Virus record (IMG/VR): IMGVR_UViG_3300037422_000108
Span: 1-25,534 of that record
Direction: 5' to 3' (one strand)
DNA length: 25,534 nt
Source of the DNA: a virus
Taxonomy: Duplodnaviria; Caudoviricetes
Shown: piece after piece, positions 8,287 through 16,697 of the stretch
Layout of the letters: every line of letters starts with the position of its first letter
Numbering within the stretch: the stretch's first letter is position 1
The notes under the pieces: model-generated
Databases searched by the model: none
What the model was told of the DNA's origin: nothing
Seen by the model: the letters and a program-made list of their open reading frames with translations, nothing else
Made by a program: the position numbers and the translations under genes

Positions 8287-9170
8287 TGAGAAGGTCAATC
8301 CTGGCGGCGCTGTGTCTTTGGGTCGCGGGGGCCTTGGGGGCTGACGAGAATATAAAGACTGGCAAGCCAGCCGCGGAGCCGCTTGGAAAGTGGATCCCAG
8401 CTATGGTCTGTGTGTCTAACGACGCCGGCCAGAGCATCATCATGGCGAGGGCGGACCCTTCCAGCAAGCGGTGGCTGGTGGACGCCTCTGGGGCTGTCAC
8501 GACATTACCATCAGGGCCAATGACCATAGAGCAACCAGTAACTGTGCTTGCAGAGGGATTTATCAGTGACGGTTCCTCAGGGGCGTCCGTGGAGGCCCTG
8601 GTGATTGGAGGCAAGGATTCCATAGGAAACGTCAGAACGGTAGGGGTAACCAGCGGCGGCGTCATGTCAACGGTAGTCGTTGCGGCCAGCGCCGACAGTA
8701 TAAGTAATACAATCGGTGGAAACCAAACTGGTTCTGGTGCAGCCACAAATGGTCAGACAGAGGTGCGGACATACTTTTATAACAACAGCAGTTGGGACAG
8801 GCCGCGCAATAACACCGATGCCACACTTCTGGCCTCCACAGGCAGAACGGCGACCACGAACTCCGCAGACCAAACAAACTATAACAACAGCGGTGTCTGG
8901 GTCGTTCTGAACATTACAGCCGTGCCAGGTGTGGACACGGTAACCATAAACATTCAGGGAAAGGACCCGGTCAGCGGGAGCTATGTGAACCTGTTGACGG
9001 GAGCGGCCCAGGTAGGCACAGGAACAACGGAATACGCCGTCTATCCGGGCGTGACGGAAACGGCAACGGTGGATGTGTCAAGGCCGCTTCCGCGTGTTTG
9101 GCGAGTCTCGGTCACGCATTCTGGCGCTGGCTCGTTCACCTATTCGGTGGGTTCTTCCACCCTCCGATAA
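8286..9170 (+). CDS. Signal-peptide-bearing beta-rich protein with C-terminal beta-sandwich domain
   Basis: ATG 8286 (TGATG overlap, GGAGG SD) gives 'MRRSILAALCLWVAGALGA|DE', a Sec-type signal. C-terminal 'TLLASTGRTAT..VWVVLNITAV..VTINIQGKDPVSG..LPRVWRVSVTH..FTYSVG' is a beta-sandwich pattern. Confidence 0.75.
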   Translation: MRRSILAALCLWVAGALGADENIKTGKPAAEPLGKWIPAMVCVSNDAGQSIIMARADPSSKRWLVDASGAVTTLPSGPMTIEQPVTVLAEGFISDGSSGASVEALVIGGKDSIGNVRTVGVTSGGVMSTVVVAASADSISNTIGGNQTGSGAATNGQTEVRTYFYNNSSWDRPRNNTDATLLASTGRTATTNSADQTNYNNSGVWVVLNITAVPGVDTVTINIQGKDPVSGSYVNLLTGAAQVGTGTTEYAVYPGVTETATVDVSRPLPRVWRVSVTHSGAGSFTYSVGSSTLR

Positions 9171-9184
9171 CAGAAAGGAAAGCC

Positions 9185-9556
9185 ATGCTCATTCCAGTTG
9201 TGCTCCTAGCTCTTTCGGCAATAGTGGCGACACCAACACCAGAGCCTACTGCCACGCCAACACTGAGCCCGACAAGAACGCACACCCCGACTCCGGGTTA
9301 CAGGGTTGAGGTGAAGTCCTCAAGTTTCACGCTGGAGGGAGTCTCGGTAAGAATTTTGTATGTGTATGACGGAGCCGACGCTTCCCGCAAGGGAGCGGTA
9401 TATCACGAGGCCACCTTGGAGGTAAAAAGGAACGACGGCGAGAGCGACGCCGACCTTCGAGCGAGGGCACAGGGCGAGGTAAAAAAGTATGTCCTGGCCA
9501 ACAAGCACGCGTGGGAGCCGGCATCCGACGCAAGCGTGCCGACACCAAGCCTATAG
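9185..9556 (+). CDS. Exported/membrane protein with Pro/Thr-rich linker
   Basis: ATG 9185 after GAAAGGAA; 'MLIPVVLLALSAIVA' hydrophobic leader, then 'TPTPEPTATPTLSPTRTHTPTP' and a small alpha/beta domain. Confidence 0.72.
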   Translation: MLIPVVLLALSAIVATPTPEPTATPTLSPTRTHTPTPGYRVEVKSSSFTLEGVSVRILYVYDGADASRKGAVYHEATLEVKRNDGESDADLRARAQGEVKKYVLANKHAWEPASDASVPTPSL

Positions 9557-9573
9557 CCAGGAGGGCCTAGCAC

Positions 9574-9840
9574 ATGACGAGGCGAGAACGCTTCTACGGA
9601 AGAATGAAGCACGAGACGGAGAGCGCGCCTATGCTGTGGAAGGCGCTAAAGACCGCCGCAGCTGTAATCGCCGTGCTCACCTTCTTCGGTGTCAAGGGCC
9701 TAAAAACAGAAAGCTCAGCCAGACTGGACAAGGTTGAGCCAAGGCTTGAGTCCGTGCAGACGGACGTGCAGTGGATGAAAAAGGCCATCGTAAGAATAGC
9801 CGCGAAGCTGAATGTCGAGATAGAGCCGCCGGAGAAGTAG
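9574..9840 (+). CDS. Small membrane-anchored coiled-coil protein (holin/antiholin-like)
   Basis: GGAGG SD; one TM segment 'TAAAVIAVLTFFGV' followed by heptads 'RLDKVEPRLESVQTDVQWMKKAI'. Confidence 0.65.
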   Translation: MTRRERFYGRMKHETESAPMLWKALKTAAAVIAVLTFFGVKGLKTESSARLDKVEPRLESVQTDVQWMKKAIVRIAAKLNVEIEPPEK

Positions 9841-9846
9841 GACACC

Positions 9847-10266
9847 ATGGGCTCCGTAAGCCTTTGGGAGAACCAGGCGCTGCCGGGGTCAGGCGGAGTT
9901 CTGACGAGCGACGGGATTGACATAGAGGGATACAAATTCGTTGCGATTACGGGCACATATCAGAGGGGCGGAAACGGCGGCGAGGTAGGCATATTCATAG
10001 AGTTTGGAAACGACGAGATAAATTTGTGGCGGCAACAGTCAGCTGTGTCCGATGTGTCGGTACCACCCGGCGTGGACACGGTGACACAAATCCAAAAAAA
10101 CATATACGCCCACAAGCCAAACTCGGCAGTCGTTTCTACATTTGGTTTTAGCATCACGGATGGGACGAAAATAAACGCATCCAAGATGCGGGTGAATATA
10201 TTTGAGAGAGGAAATCAGGGTTCTCCAGGCACGGCCTCATTGGAAGTGGTCAGGAGGAAGGAATGA
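9847..10266 (+). CDS. Small beta-sandwich protein (putative virion accessory)
   Basis: 'TSDGIDIEGYKFVAITGTY..IFIEFGND..W..ASKMRVNI' beta-strand pattern similar to 7936 and the C-terminus of 8286. Confidence 0.65.
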   Translation: MGSVSLWENQALPGSGGVLTSDGIDIEGYKFVAITGTYQRGGNGGEVGIFIEFGNDEINLWRQQSAVSDVSVPPGVDTVTQIQKNIYAHKPNSAVVSTFGFSITDGTKINASKMRVNIFERGNQGSPGTASLEVVRRKE

Positions 10267-10643
10267 GTCTATCGGTGCGTGGACAATCGGACCAGAGCAT
10301 AAAACGTCAGAGCTTTGAGATAATGGGGCCAGACTCGGACAAAAGGGAAACCATTATTGTCCCCCACGACGGAAAGAAGTTGAGACTACGGGAAGCCAGG
10401 CTATACGGAGGCGAGGCGGAGAACAGCAACAGCGCGGAGTTATACTTTGGCACAGGAGATACCTTGGCGGCGGACCCGTCCAAGGCCGTGGCTGACGCAA
10501 AGGCATCAGGGCAAGGGTGGGGGGATACCAGGGGGCTGGCTGACGGAGTATCGAAGGACGGGGGCCCGGGAGAGGTGCTGAGTATCCGGCAGACCCAGGT
10601 GACGGCGAAGACGTATGCCATAATCGAATGGGAGGAAGTCTGA
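10263..10643 (+). CDS. Small beta-rich hypothetical protein
   Basis: AGGAGG SD, ATGA overlap; 'IIVPHDGKKLRLREARL..GEVLSIR..YAIIEWEEV' beta-rich pattern. Confidence 0.7.
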   Translation: MSLSVRGQSDQSIKRQSFEIMGPDSDKRETIIVPHDGKKLRLREARLYGGEAENSNSAELYFGTGDTLAADPSKAVADAKASGQGWGDTRGLADGVSKDGGPGEVLSIRQTQVTAKTYAIIEWEEV

Positions 10644-10644
10644 A

Positions 10645-11334
10645 ATGACCTTTACCGAGATGATCCGCCGAATCAGAGAGATGGCAGACGTCGAGGGCAA
10701 CCTGTTCGACGACCAATCCTGCTTAGACGCCATCAATGACAAGTCCCTTGACATGGCCGAGAAGTCAAAATGCATTGAGTCAAGCCAGTTCCAGAGCATC
10801 GTAGCCGCGCAGGCTTCCTACCCGTTGCCAGCGGATTTTCTTTACATGCTAGGCGTAGACCACGACAAGGACACGCTGGAGTCGGTGACGGAGCAAAAGC
10901 TGGACCGCTACGTCTATAGGTGGCGCAACATGACGGGCAAGCCCTACCTCTACTACACAGACGTTGGCGCGCAACAGGTGGTTCTCGTGCCAACCCCGGA
11001 CACGCCCCTAACCGACGGGCTTTTCATCTACTACGCCCGGAAGCCGGCCCAGGCCCTGCTGTCGAACCTGAGTCTGAATGCAAGCTCGGACATGCCAACG
11101 CAGTTTCAGGAGGGGATATGCCACGGCGCCGCAGCCAGGGCCCTGAGGAAGATGGGGGACAACCAGCAGGCTTCCGTTGAGGAAAGACTTTACAGCGAGG
11201 CCGTGAGCAGGGCCATGTCTTGGCGAAACAACGTGGACCCCAGGCGCAGGAAGGTGAGGATTGACGCCAGGGTGGTCCCGACCCGCTACGCAGACCTTGG
11301 CCCGGGATACCCGCTTGCGCCTGTAGGAAGATGA
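10645..11334 (+). CDS. Head-tail adaptor / tail tubular protein A-like
   Basis: 'MTFTEMIRRIRE..D..INDK', 'YPLPADFL', 'GKPYLYY', 'LVPTPD..IYYARKP', 'P.QFQEGICHGAAARAL.K' are typical podoviral adaptor motifs; precedes the nozzle. Confidence 0.88.
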   Translation: MTFTEMIRRIREMADVEGNLFDDQSCLDAINDKSLDMAEKSKCIESSQFQSIVAAQASYPLPADFLYMLGVDHDKDTLESVTEQKLDRYVYRWRNMTGKPYLYYTDVGAQQVVLVPTPDTPLTDGLFIYYARKPAQALLSNLSLNASSDMPTQFQEGICHGAAARALRKMGDNQQASVEERLYSEAVSRAMSWRNNVDPRRRKVRIDARVVPTRYADLGPGYPLAPVGR

Positions 11335-14300
11335 GTAGGGACGACCCGACAGTCACCTTTGCCGACTTTGGCGGGGGGCTGAATACCACAGACGACCCGG
11401 TGCACCTCAGGGATAACGAGCTTCCAGACATGCTTAACTGGGACCCGTGGCGAAAGGCGCTGGTCAAGAGGCGTGGGATACTGAAATTCAACCCCCTGGC
11501 CTTGCCATCAAACCCTTACTTTCTTGAGAGCTTCATCCAGAAAAGCGGGGCCAAGAAGCTCATAACTCAGGCCACGGAAACGGCCAAGCACACGCCTGCC
11601 GTGACGCAGACAGGCGCCCTGTTCTACCAGTCGCCTGGGGACGGCGCAGTATCAGCGATACCCTGGTACACGACTGGAACTGTGAACGTAACCAACGGCC
11701 TAGCTGCGGTTACCGGGATTCTGACAGAGTGGGTGGCCAACCTACGGGTCCCGACTCAGTTCTGGTTTAGAGTGCTGCAGACTGGTGTAGGCGCGGACCC
11801 AAGCTGGTACACAATTTTGGCCGTGCCAGGGGCTACGAGCCTGACACTGAATCGGACTTTTGAGGGTTTGACACAGCTAGGTGTGGCCTACCAGATAGCC
11901 AAGCCAATGGCGGCAGACATCGAAGCCTACAGCCCGGGGACATTCAAGGACAATTTCTGGCTGTCGCAGGTGCCTTCCGACCCACAGAGGTATGACGGGA
12001 CAGTGATGCACGAGTGGGGAAACCTGGAGCCAGCGGCTGCGCCGGCGACCCTGGCCATAGCCGGAGCGACGGTAACGGCTGGCAACCATGGAATAGTGGC
12101 GGTCTATGACTACGGGACTTTTGGAAAGAGCATACCAAGCCCCAGCGTGACAATAAACGCGGCGGCGCCGAACAGAAGGTACACCATCACGCCGGCCAGG
12201 GGGCCGCAAGCTTGCCTGAACATAGAAATATATGGGACCTTGACGTCTGGTGCTGGACCAGTCCCGGCAGGGGCGACATACTATTTCATCGGTTTGGTGA
12301 GCAACACAGCTGGCGTGCTCAATGTGGACTTCAACGTGAGCGACGCGACCCTGGGAGCCGTAACGCAGACCCTGGAGATGGATTTCGGTGTGCCTGACCA
12401 AGGGAACACAAAGCCGGGGAAGATAAAGTACGCCAAATTCTTGGCTGGAAGGTGCTTTGCCGCAACGGTGGACAACCCAAATAACCTGATAATCAGCAAG
12501 CCCGACCTGCCTGGAATTTTCCCGCAGGGCAACACCATTCCGATTGAGCCAGAGGACGGGGAGATAATCTCGGGGCTGGCCGAGAGCTACGGGTTCCTGG
12601 TTGTGATGAAGGAACTGAGCAAGCAGTACTACCTGTCCGAACCTGGCCCCAACGCGACTGTAACCAGGATCAACGACTCGAAGGGTTGCGTGTCCCACAA
12701 GAGCATTGCCTACCGGGACGGCCTGTTCATTTACCACACGAGGGACGGGGTAGCCGCTGGAACCTACAGAGGCAGCAAGCTAATCTCAGAGAAGATTCTG
12801 AGCGCGCTGCAGACTGTGAAGCAGGCGATTACAAGGTTTGGCAGACACACCAAGAGCACAAAGTCAGAGCTTGAGACAGGAGCGTCCCTGGTGGACCTTG
12901 AGGTAAGCGCGGACAACGAAATTGTGCATTCTGAGTTTCCGTTCATAGACACAGCAAATGCAGACTGGATTGACCCATTGACGGCAGTATCCGGGGTCGG
13001 CGTTGGTGGTGGACTGACGAGGGGCGTAGGCGGCGGGAATGGGCCAGTGGCCACGCACAGAGTTCCAGACAAACTCTACTTAGACATGGTGGCAACTGCG
13101 ACACCAAGTCAAATCAGAAACATAGCCCACAATAACATGGGCGGGGTCCCATCAGCCTGGAGTTCGACTGTGGCTCAGCCTGTCACCAATGCTTTCGATG
13201 GAAACCCGGCAACGTACTGGAGCTCTCTAAACACGGCGACTCCTGGCGACTATGTTCTGTCATACACTTTTTTGGGTTCAAGATGGAAAATGAACAGAGT
13301 GAAAGCTCAGTACCAAGTCAGATTTTTTTCTGGTTCTGGCGGGGCTACAATAAACGCAACAGTAGAGGCTTTCACGTATTCCACATTGTCGGGAGGGCCG
13401 CCGGGGACTTGGACAGTCCTAAATACCGTAACTTCTGTCCCTATAGCCACGAGTGATGGGGCAAGAATACAGACGATTGACGTTAGCTTTCCAACAGTCA
13501 TAGCCGACGCAATAAGAATAAAGTTCAGCATCATTTCAAACTCAGGTCTGCTCCTGGTGTTCAGAACGTGGTACTTGGAGGCGTTTGAGCCGGGTTTCCT
13601 ACCGAGCGGGACATTCACCAGCGAGGTTTTTGATACCGGGGCAACCAGCGGTCCACCTGGGATACTTGAGACGCTACTGACATCGGGTGAGCAGAACAAC
13701 ACGGACCCAACAGGTGGCACGGCTGTAACCGCGGTGCTGCCAAAGGTAGAAATGTTTATGGCAACAGGGGACGTGGCGGTGCCGGATTCTACCTGGAGCG
13801 GTTTTGTGTTTCAGTCAGTAGGTTCCCCCATGCAGGCCGTGGTGCCATTGACTGGAAAGCACGGGCGCTACGTGCAGTACCAACTTGTGCTGACACAGGG
13901 GGCGGGCGGAACTCCAGAACAAAATGCAAGCGTCACACCAACCATAGACGAGGCTGGGATAAATTTCATCGTGCCAGGGACCTATGAGTCTGGCGTCATA
14001 GACATAGGGGCAGCGCCGACCGCCTGGGGGTTGTTCACATTCGACGAGATTCTGAATGGAGGAACAGTGGTAGGCAAGATAAGAACTGGCCCTGTTGCAG
14101 TGCCGGACGGGTCGTGGACTTCCTACACAACCTATGTCTCTGGCATGGCGATAACCAATACCTTGAACAGGTACGTGCAAGTCAGATTTGAGCTGTTTCC
14201 GGGGGCGGTGCCTTCGGTGTCAGAGGGCTCAAAGGTGATACAGTTTGAAATTAAGTGGAGCACAAGCGTAACGCCGGCATCTAAGTTTCCGTCCATTGGG

Positions 14301-14981
14301 AAGATTTGGGACGGCAAGTACTACCTTGCTGTGGAGAGAATGCAGTCAAGCTTCAACGACAGGGTCTATGTCTGCGACCTAGCCAACGTGGCCGAGGACG
14401 GGATTCCGCCGTGGACTGTGTACGACTGGAAGATGAACGGGCTGACGGTGCAGGGCAATACATTCTACGGAGCTGGCTCAAGCCTGCCGAGGCTTTACTA
14501 CCTACTGAGAAACTGGGATGACGACGGCACGGAGGTTCGGTCTTTTTTCAAGACTAAGCCTTTCCTCTTTGAGGGTAGGATGAAGAAGTTTAGAAGGGTG
14601 TGGGTGCTTGGCAACGCAAACAAGGCCGCGGACGTAAGCCCGCCAGTGGACCTGTTCAACAGGATAAAACTGTTCTTCAACACCAACGCAAATTCGCAGG
14701 ACTTGCCCATGGACTTTCTAGGACCGGGCCAGCGACTGTCAACGCTGGCCATGGTCGCATCGGGGAATACCGGGGAGGCCAGCGAATCGTCAATTACGGC
14801 GGTAAGCGGGGCGAAGGCCCTGGAACACAACCTGGGGCAGGGCCGCGCAGACCACAGGATGTCAGGCCGCGGGAACTACCTGCAGATCCGATGCGAGCAT
14901 AACGACAAGAACATAGTCAGGCTGTCCGTGACTGGCTTCCAGGTTCAGTTTGAGGTGAGGAAGCCAGTGGGGGCTCCGTAG
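11331..14981 (+). CDS. Tail nozzle / tubular protein B (P22 gp10-like beta-propeller) with several inserted domains
   Basis: N-terminal 'FADFGGGLNT..L.DNE...N..ALVKRRG', propeller blades 'DGEIISGL..LVVMKE', 'GCVSHKSIA', 'LISEKI', C-terminal 'FFKTKPF..KKFRRV..GNYLQIR'. Inserts are described in findings. Confidence 0.85.
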   Translation: MSRDDPTVTFADFGGGLNTTDDPVHLRDNELPDMLNWDPWRKALVKRRGILKFNPLALPSNPYFLESFIQKSGAKKLITQATETAKHTPAVTQTGALFYQSPGDGAVSAIPWYTTGTVNVTNGLAAVTGILTEWVANLRVPTQFWFRVLQTGVGADPSWYTILAVPGATSLTLNRTFEGLTQLGVAYQIAKPMAADIEAYSPGTFKDNFWLSQVPSDPQRYDGTVMHEWGNLEPAAAPATLAIAGATVTAGNHGIVAVYDYGTFGKSIPSPSVTINAAAPNRRYTITPARGPQACLNIEIYGTLTSGAGPVPAGATYYFIGLVSNTAGVLNVDFNVSDATLGAVTQTLEMDFGVPDQGNTKPGKIKYAKFLAGRCFAATVDNPNNLIISKPDLPGIFPQGNTIPIEPEDGEIISGLAESYGFLVVMKELSKQYYLSEPGPNATVTRINDSKGCVSHKSIAYRDGLFIYHTRDGVAAGTYRGSKLISEKILSALQTVKQAITRFGRHTKSTKSELETGASLVDLEVSADNEIVHSEFPFIDTANADWIDPLTAVSGVGVGGGLTRGVGGGNGPVATHRVPDKLYLDMVATATPSQIRNIAHNNMGGVPSAWSSTVAQPVTNAFDGNPATYWSSLNTATPGDYVLSYTFLGSRWKMNRVKAQYQVRFFSGSGGATINATVEAFTYSTLSGGPPGTWTVLNTVTSVPIATSDGARIQTIDVSFPTVIADAIRIKFSIISNSGLLLVFRTWYLEAFEPGFLPSGTFTSEVFDTGATSGPPGILETLLTSGEQNNTDPTGGTAVTAVLPKVEMFMATGDVAVPDSTWSGFVFQSVGSPMQAVVPLTGKHGRYVQYQLVLTQGAGGTPEQNASVTPTIDEAGINFIVPGTYESGVIDIGAAPTAWGLFTFDEILNGGTVVGKIRTGPVAVPDGSWTSYTTYVSGMAITNTLNRYVQVRFELFPGAVPSVSEGSKVIQFEIKWSTSVTPASKFPSIGKIWDGKYYLAVERMQSSFNDRVYVCDLANVAEDGIPPWTVYDWKMNGLTVQGNTFYGAGSSLPRLYYLLRNWDDDGTEVRSFFKTKPFLFEGRMKKFRRVWVLGNANKAADVSPPVDLFNRIKLFFNTNANSQDLPMDFLGPGQRLSTLAMVASGNTGEASESSITAVSGAKALEHNLGQGRADHRMSGRGNYLQIRCEHNDKNIVRLSVTGFQVQFEVRKPVGAP

Positions 14982-15229
14982 TGCCGGAACAGAGGGGGGT
15001 GGAGCTGGTTATGACGGCCCTGCAGAAATTGGGGCCAGAGGGCAGGGACGCTATAGCTGAGCTGCAGACGACCATAAACAGCCTAGTCCCAAAGCAGGGG
15101 ATGGCAAGCGGTTTCGTGCTCAAAAACGTGGACGTGGAGCCTGATGCGGTGAGCGATGGGGCGGTGGTTTATGCATTCGGCGGGGTGCTAAAGCGTGTGA
15201 ATGCCAATGGCTCTCGTGTTACTCTGTAA
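14981..15229 (+). CDS. Small tail-associated protein
   Basis: TAGTG overlap with nozzle; N-terminal helix plus 'GAVVYAFGGVLKRVNANGSRVTL', a short beta motif seen at phage fibre ends. Confidence 0.6.
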   Translation: MPEQRGVELVMTALQKLGPEGRDAIAELQTTINSLVPKQGMASGFVLKNVDVEPDAVSDGAVVYAFGGVLKRVNANGSRVTL

Positions 15230-15256
15230 CTACATGATGGCTAACTGCATACCAAC

Positions 15257-16060
15257 ATGGGTAAAATGGCTACAGAAAAGCTAGACGCCCAAGAACTGTA
15301 CAGGCAGGGCATGATTGCGTATCGTCGGGGCAGACCTGATGAGGCAAGAGATTTGTTCGGCAGGGCAGTGTTACAAAAGGGCGGGCATGAGAAAGCGGCC
15401 AAGGCATTGAATCGCATGGGCGGGAGGTACATTACGCCGAGCCCAACGGCCACGGCGACGCCAACGGCAACGCCAAGGTCGCCGCGTCAAACAGCGACAA
15501 TGACACCAACGTTTTCGGAGGCTGAAAAGGATTTGTTGGGGCTTGTGGGACCAGCGTTGGGTAGGCAGATTCCAGAAGGCGTGCAAACAGCAACGCCAAT
15601 GGCAACTCCTACAGAAACGCCGGGGCCACCAAGCTGGTTCGAGGAAGGTCTAACGCCGGCGCTACTGAATATGGCCGCTAATCCAATTCTGGCATCAAGC
15701 TATTTCACTGGAAGCCCGTCGTTCATAAATTTTGCGAGCAACGTAAACAGGCTAGCTGGGCCGGTGTCACCATTTGCGGACGTGAGTGCATTCCCTAAAG
15801 AAATACTTGATGAGAGAAGCTTTGCCGCTGTAAGGACAGGGGCCTTTAGAGATTTCCTACAAGGTGAGATAATGCAGAGGCTGGAGCAACAGAGGCGGGC
15901 TCAGCCAGACCCCGCCCTATGGGCTTTGGCGATGGAGGCAAGGCTGAGGCAGGCGGGTTCACTTACCGACCCAATGGCTCAGCTTTATATGTGGGGCGCG
16001 CCGCAGGGCGCACCGCAGTATCATCCAGAGGCTTTGGACCTACTACCGGGGGTGCGTTGA
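15257..16060 (+). CDS. Hypothetical protein with N-terminal TPR-like repeat and Pro/Thr-rich region (possible ejection protein)
   Basis: 'AQELYRQGMIAYRRGRPDEARDLFGRAVL...HEKAAKALNRM' matches a TPR consensus, followed by 'TPSPTATATPTATP'; stop overlaps next start. Confidence 0.7.
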   Translation: MGKMATEKLDAQELYRQGMIAYRRGRPDEARDLFGRAVLQKGGHEKAAKALNRMGGRYITPSPTATATPTATPRSPRQTATMTPTFSEAEKDLLGLVGPALGRQIPEGVQTATPMATPTETPGPPSWFEEGLTPALLNMAANPILASSYFTGSPSFINFASNVNRLAGPVSPFADVSAFPKEILDERSFAAVRTGAFRDFLQGEIMQRLEQQRRAQPDPALWALAMEARLRQAGSLTDPMAQLYMWGAPQGAPQYHPEALDLLPGVR

Positions 16061-16695
16061 TGCCTTTACTTTTGAGTGGAATTTCACCGCAGATAGAGTC
16101 TGTGCTGGGCCAGAGGCTCCTGGGCCAGGGCCCGGGCCTGGAAGCCTACGGGGCCCTGGAGCAAAGCCTGCTTGGGGACATAACTCAGCGCGGGGCGGAT
16201 GCCAGAAGGGCCTTGATGGAGCGGCAGGCCATCAGCGGCACAGGCAGGTCCGGGGCGACAGCGGCCCTTCTTGGAGGTCTTGAGCGGGACTTGGAGAGCG
16301 AGAGGACCAGGACTCAGGCCGGCCTTGGCCTGGAGAGGGCCGGGGCCTTGAACCGCATGATCGAGAATGCCATAGCCTCAGGGCTGACGCTTGAGGACTT
16401 GATGGGCAGAAGGGACTTGAGCCTACAACAACTTGAGGAACAGAGGCGGCAGTTTGACCTACTGAACCAGCCACCGGGAGCCCTTGAGGTTTTGGGCGGT
16501 GTTACAGGCGCCCTTGGTGGGCTGGGGGGTCTCGCTGCGGGATTGTTCGGACGGCAAGGGGCATTCCCGCTGGGTGGAAACGGGGGCGGTGGCGGGATGA
16601 GCACGACAAGCCAAAACTACGGGAACTACGGTCTGAACTATCTGCAACCAGTGGGCTCAAACTATAGTTCTTACTTTCCGGGCTACGGCTTCTAG
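16060..16695 (+). CDS. Putative ejection (DNA pilot) protein
   Basis: ATG 16060 (TGATG overlap; ORF track starts 15919). Helical Q/E/R-rich core and Gly-rich hydrophobic 'LGGVTGALGGLGGLAAGLFG' segment typical of podoviral ejected proteins. Confidence 0.65.
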   Translation: MPLLLSGISPQIESVLGQRLLGQGPGLEAYGALEQSLLGDITQRGADARRALMERQAISGTGRSGATAALLGGLERDLESERTRTQAGLGLERAGALNRMIENAIASGLTLEDLMGRRDLSLQQLEEQRRQFDLLNQPPGALEVLGGVTGALGGLGGLAAGLFGRQGAFPLGGNGGGGGMSTTSQNYGNYGLNYLQPVGSNYSSYFPGYGF

Positions 16696-16697
16696 GA

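Noticed and set aside
11331-15229. Diversity-generating retroelement target or invertible tail cassette
   Set aside because: No reverse transcriptase, invertase or near-identical TR/VR repeat pair seen; the duplicated nozzle domains are similar only at protein-motif level.
16614-16672. Short AACTA(C/T) repeats at the end of the ejection gene
   Set aside because: They simply encode an Asn-Tyr-Gly low-complexity tail; too short and irregular for a functional DNA repeat.
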